Source: Spirogloea muscicola
Lineage: Eukaryota
Length of the DNA: 47,818 bases
NCBI GenBank assembly: GCA_009602725.1
Contig: WELB01000028.1
Location: 234,323-282,140, forward strand
Direction: 5' to 3'
Shown here: positions 47,591-47,818 of the stretch, in pieces
Layout: every line of letters begins with the position of its first letter
How positions within the stretch are numbered: position 1 is the stretch's first letter
The notes under the pieces: model-generated
The model's database searches: none
What the model was told of the DNA's origin: nothing
Seen by the model: only the letters and a program-made list of their open reading frames with translations
Position numbers and translations under genes: made by a program

Positions 47591-47818
47591 CGTTGACAGC
47601 CCTTGCCCCCTTGGAAGGATTTTGAGGTCGAGGGCGCCGCCGCCGCCGCCGCCACCCCTCCTAATCCCCGGGCCGCCGCCGGCGCTTTCGCCGGCGGCGC
47701 CCGCCATGGGGTCCGCGGCGGCGTGCAAGCCCCCTCCCGACTCAGCCCCCGCGCCGGCCCCCGCGGCCACCGTCGCTCCCGCCGCTGCCGCTCCGCCTGC
47801 CGTCGCCCCACCCGCGCG

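Overview
Eukaryotic, GC-rich, intron-rich genomic DNA. The gene content points to a streptophyte alga such as a conjugating green alga (inference). Nine host genes are supported: a GRAS transcription factor (5' partial), an ABCG22/26-like half transporter, an unusual ankyrin-WWE-PARP (RCD1/SRO-like) protein, ALY/REF mRNA export factor, a CYP711-clan P450, a SEC14/CRAL-TRIO protein, a BRAWNIN/UQCC6-like small protein, alternative oxidase, and an MS5/TDM1-like TPR protein. There is also a decayed cox3 NUMT. The intergenic DNA holds one long but frameshifted CRE-clade non-LTR retrotransposon (RT plus restriction-like endonuclease) and dozens of short 3'-end fragments from at least six diverged sister families. 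These fragments share a covarying terminal RNA fold, lack poly(A) tails, form head-to-tail chains of different families and back-to-back pairs, and cluster just upstream of gene 5' ends. This retroelement 3'-end system and the ANK-WWE-PARP gene are the most interesting signals. Family letters A-G are my own working labels. All homology calls come from motif recognition by eye, not database searches.
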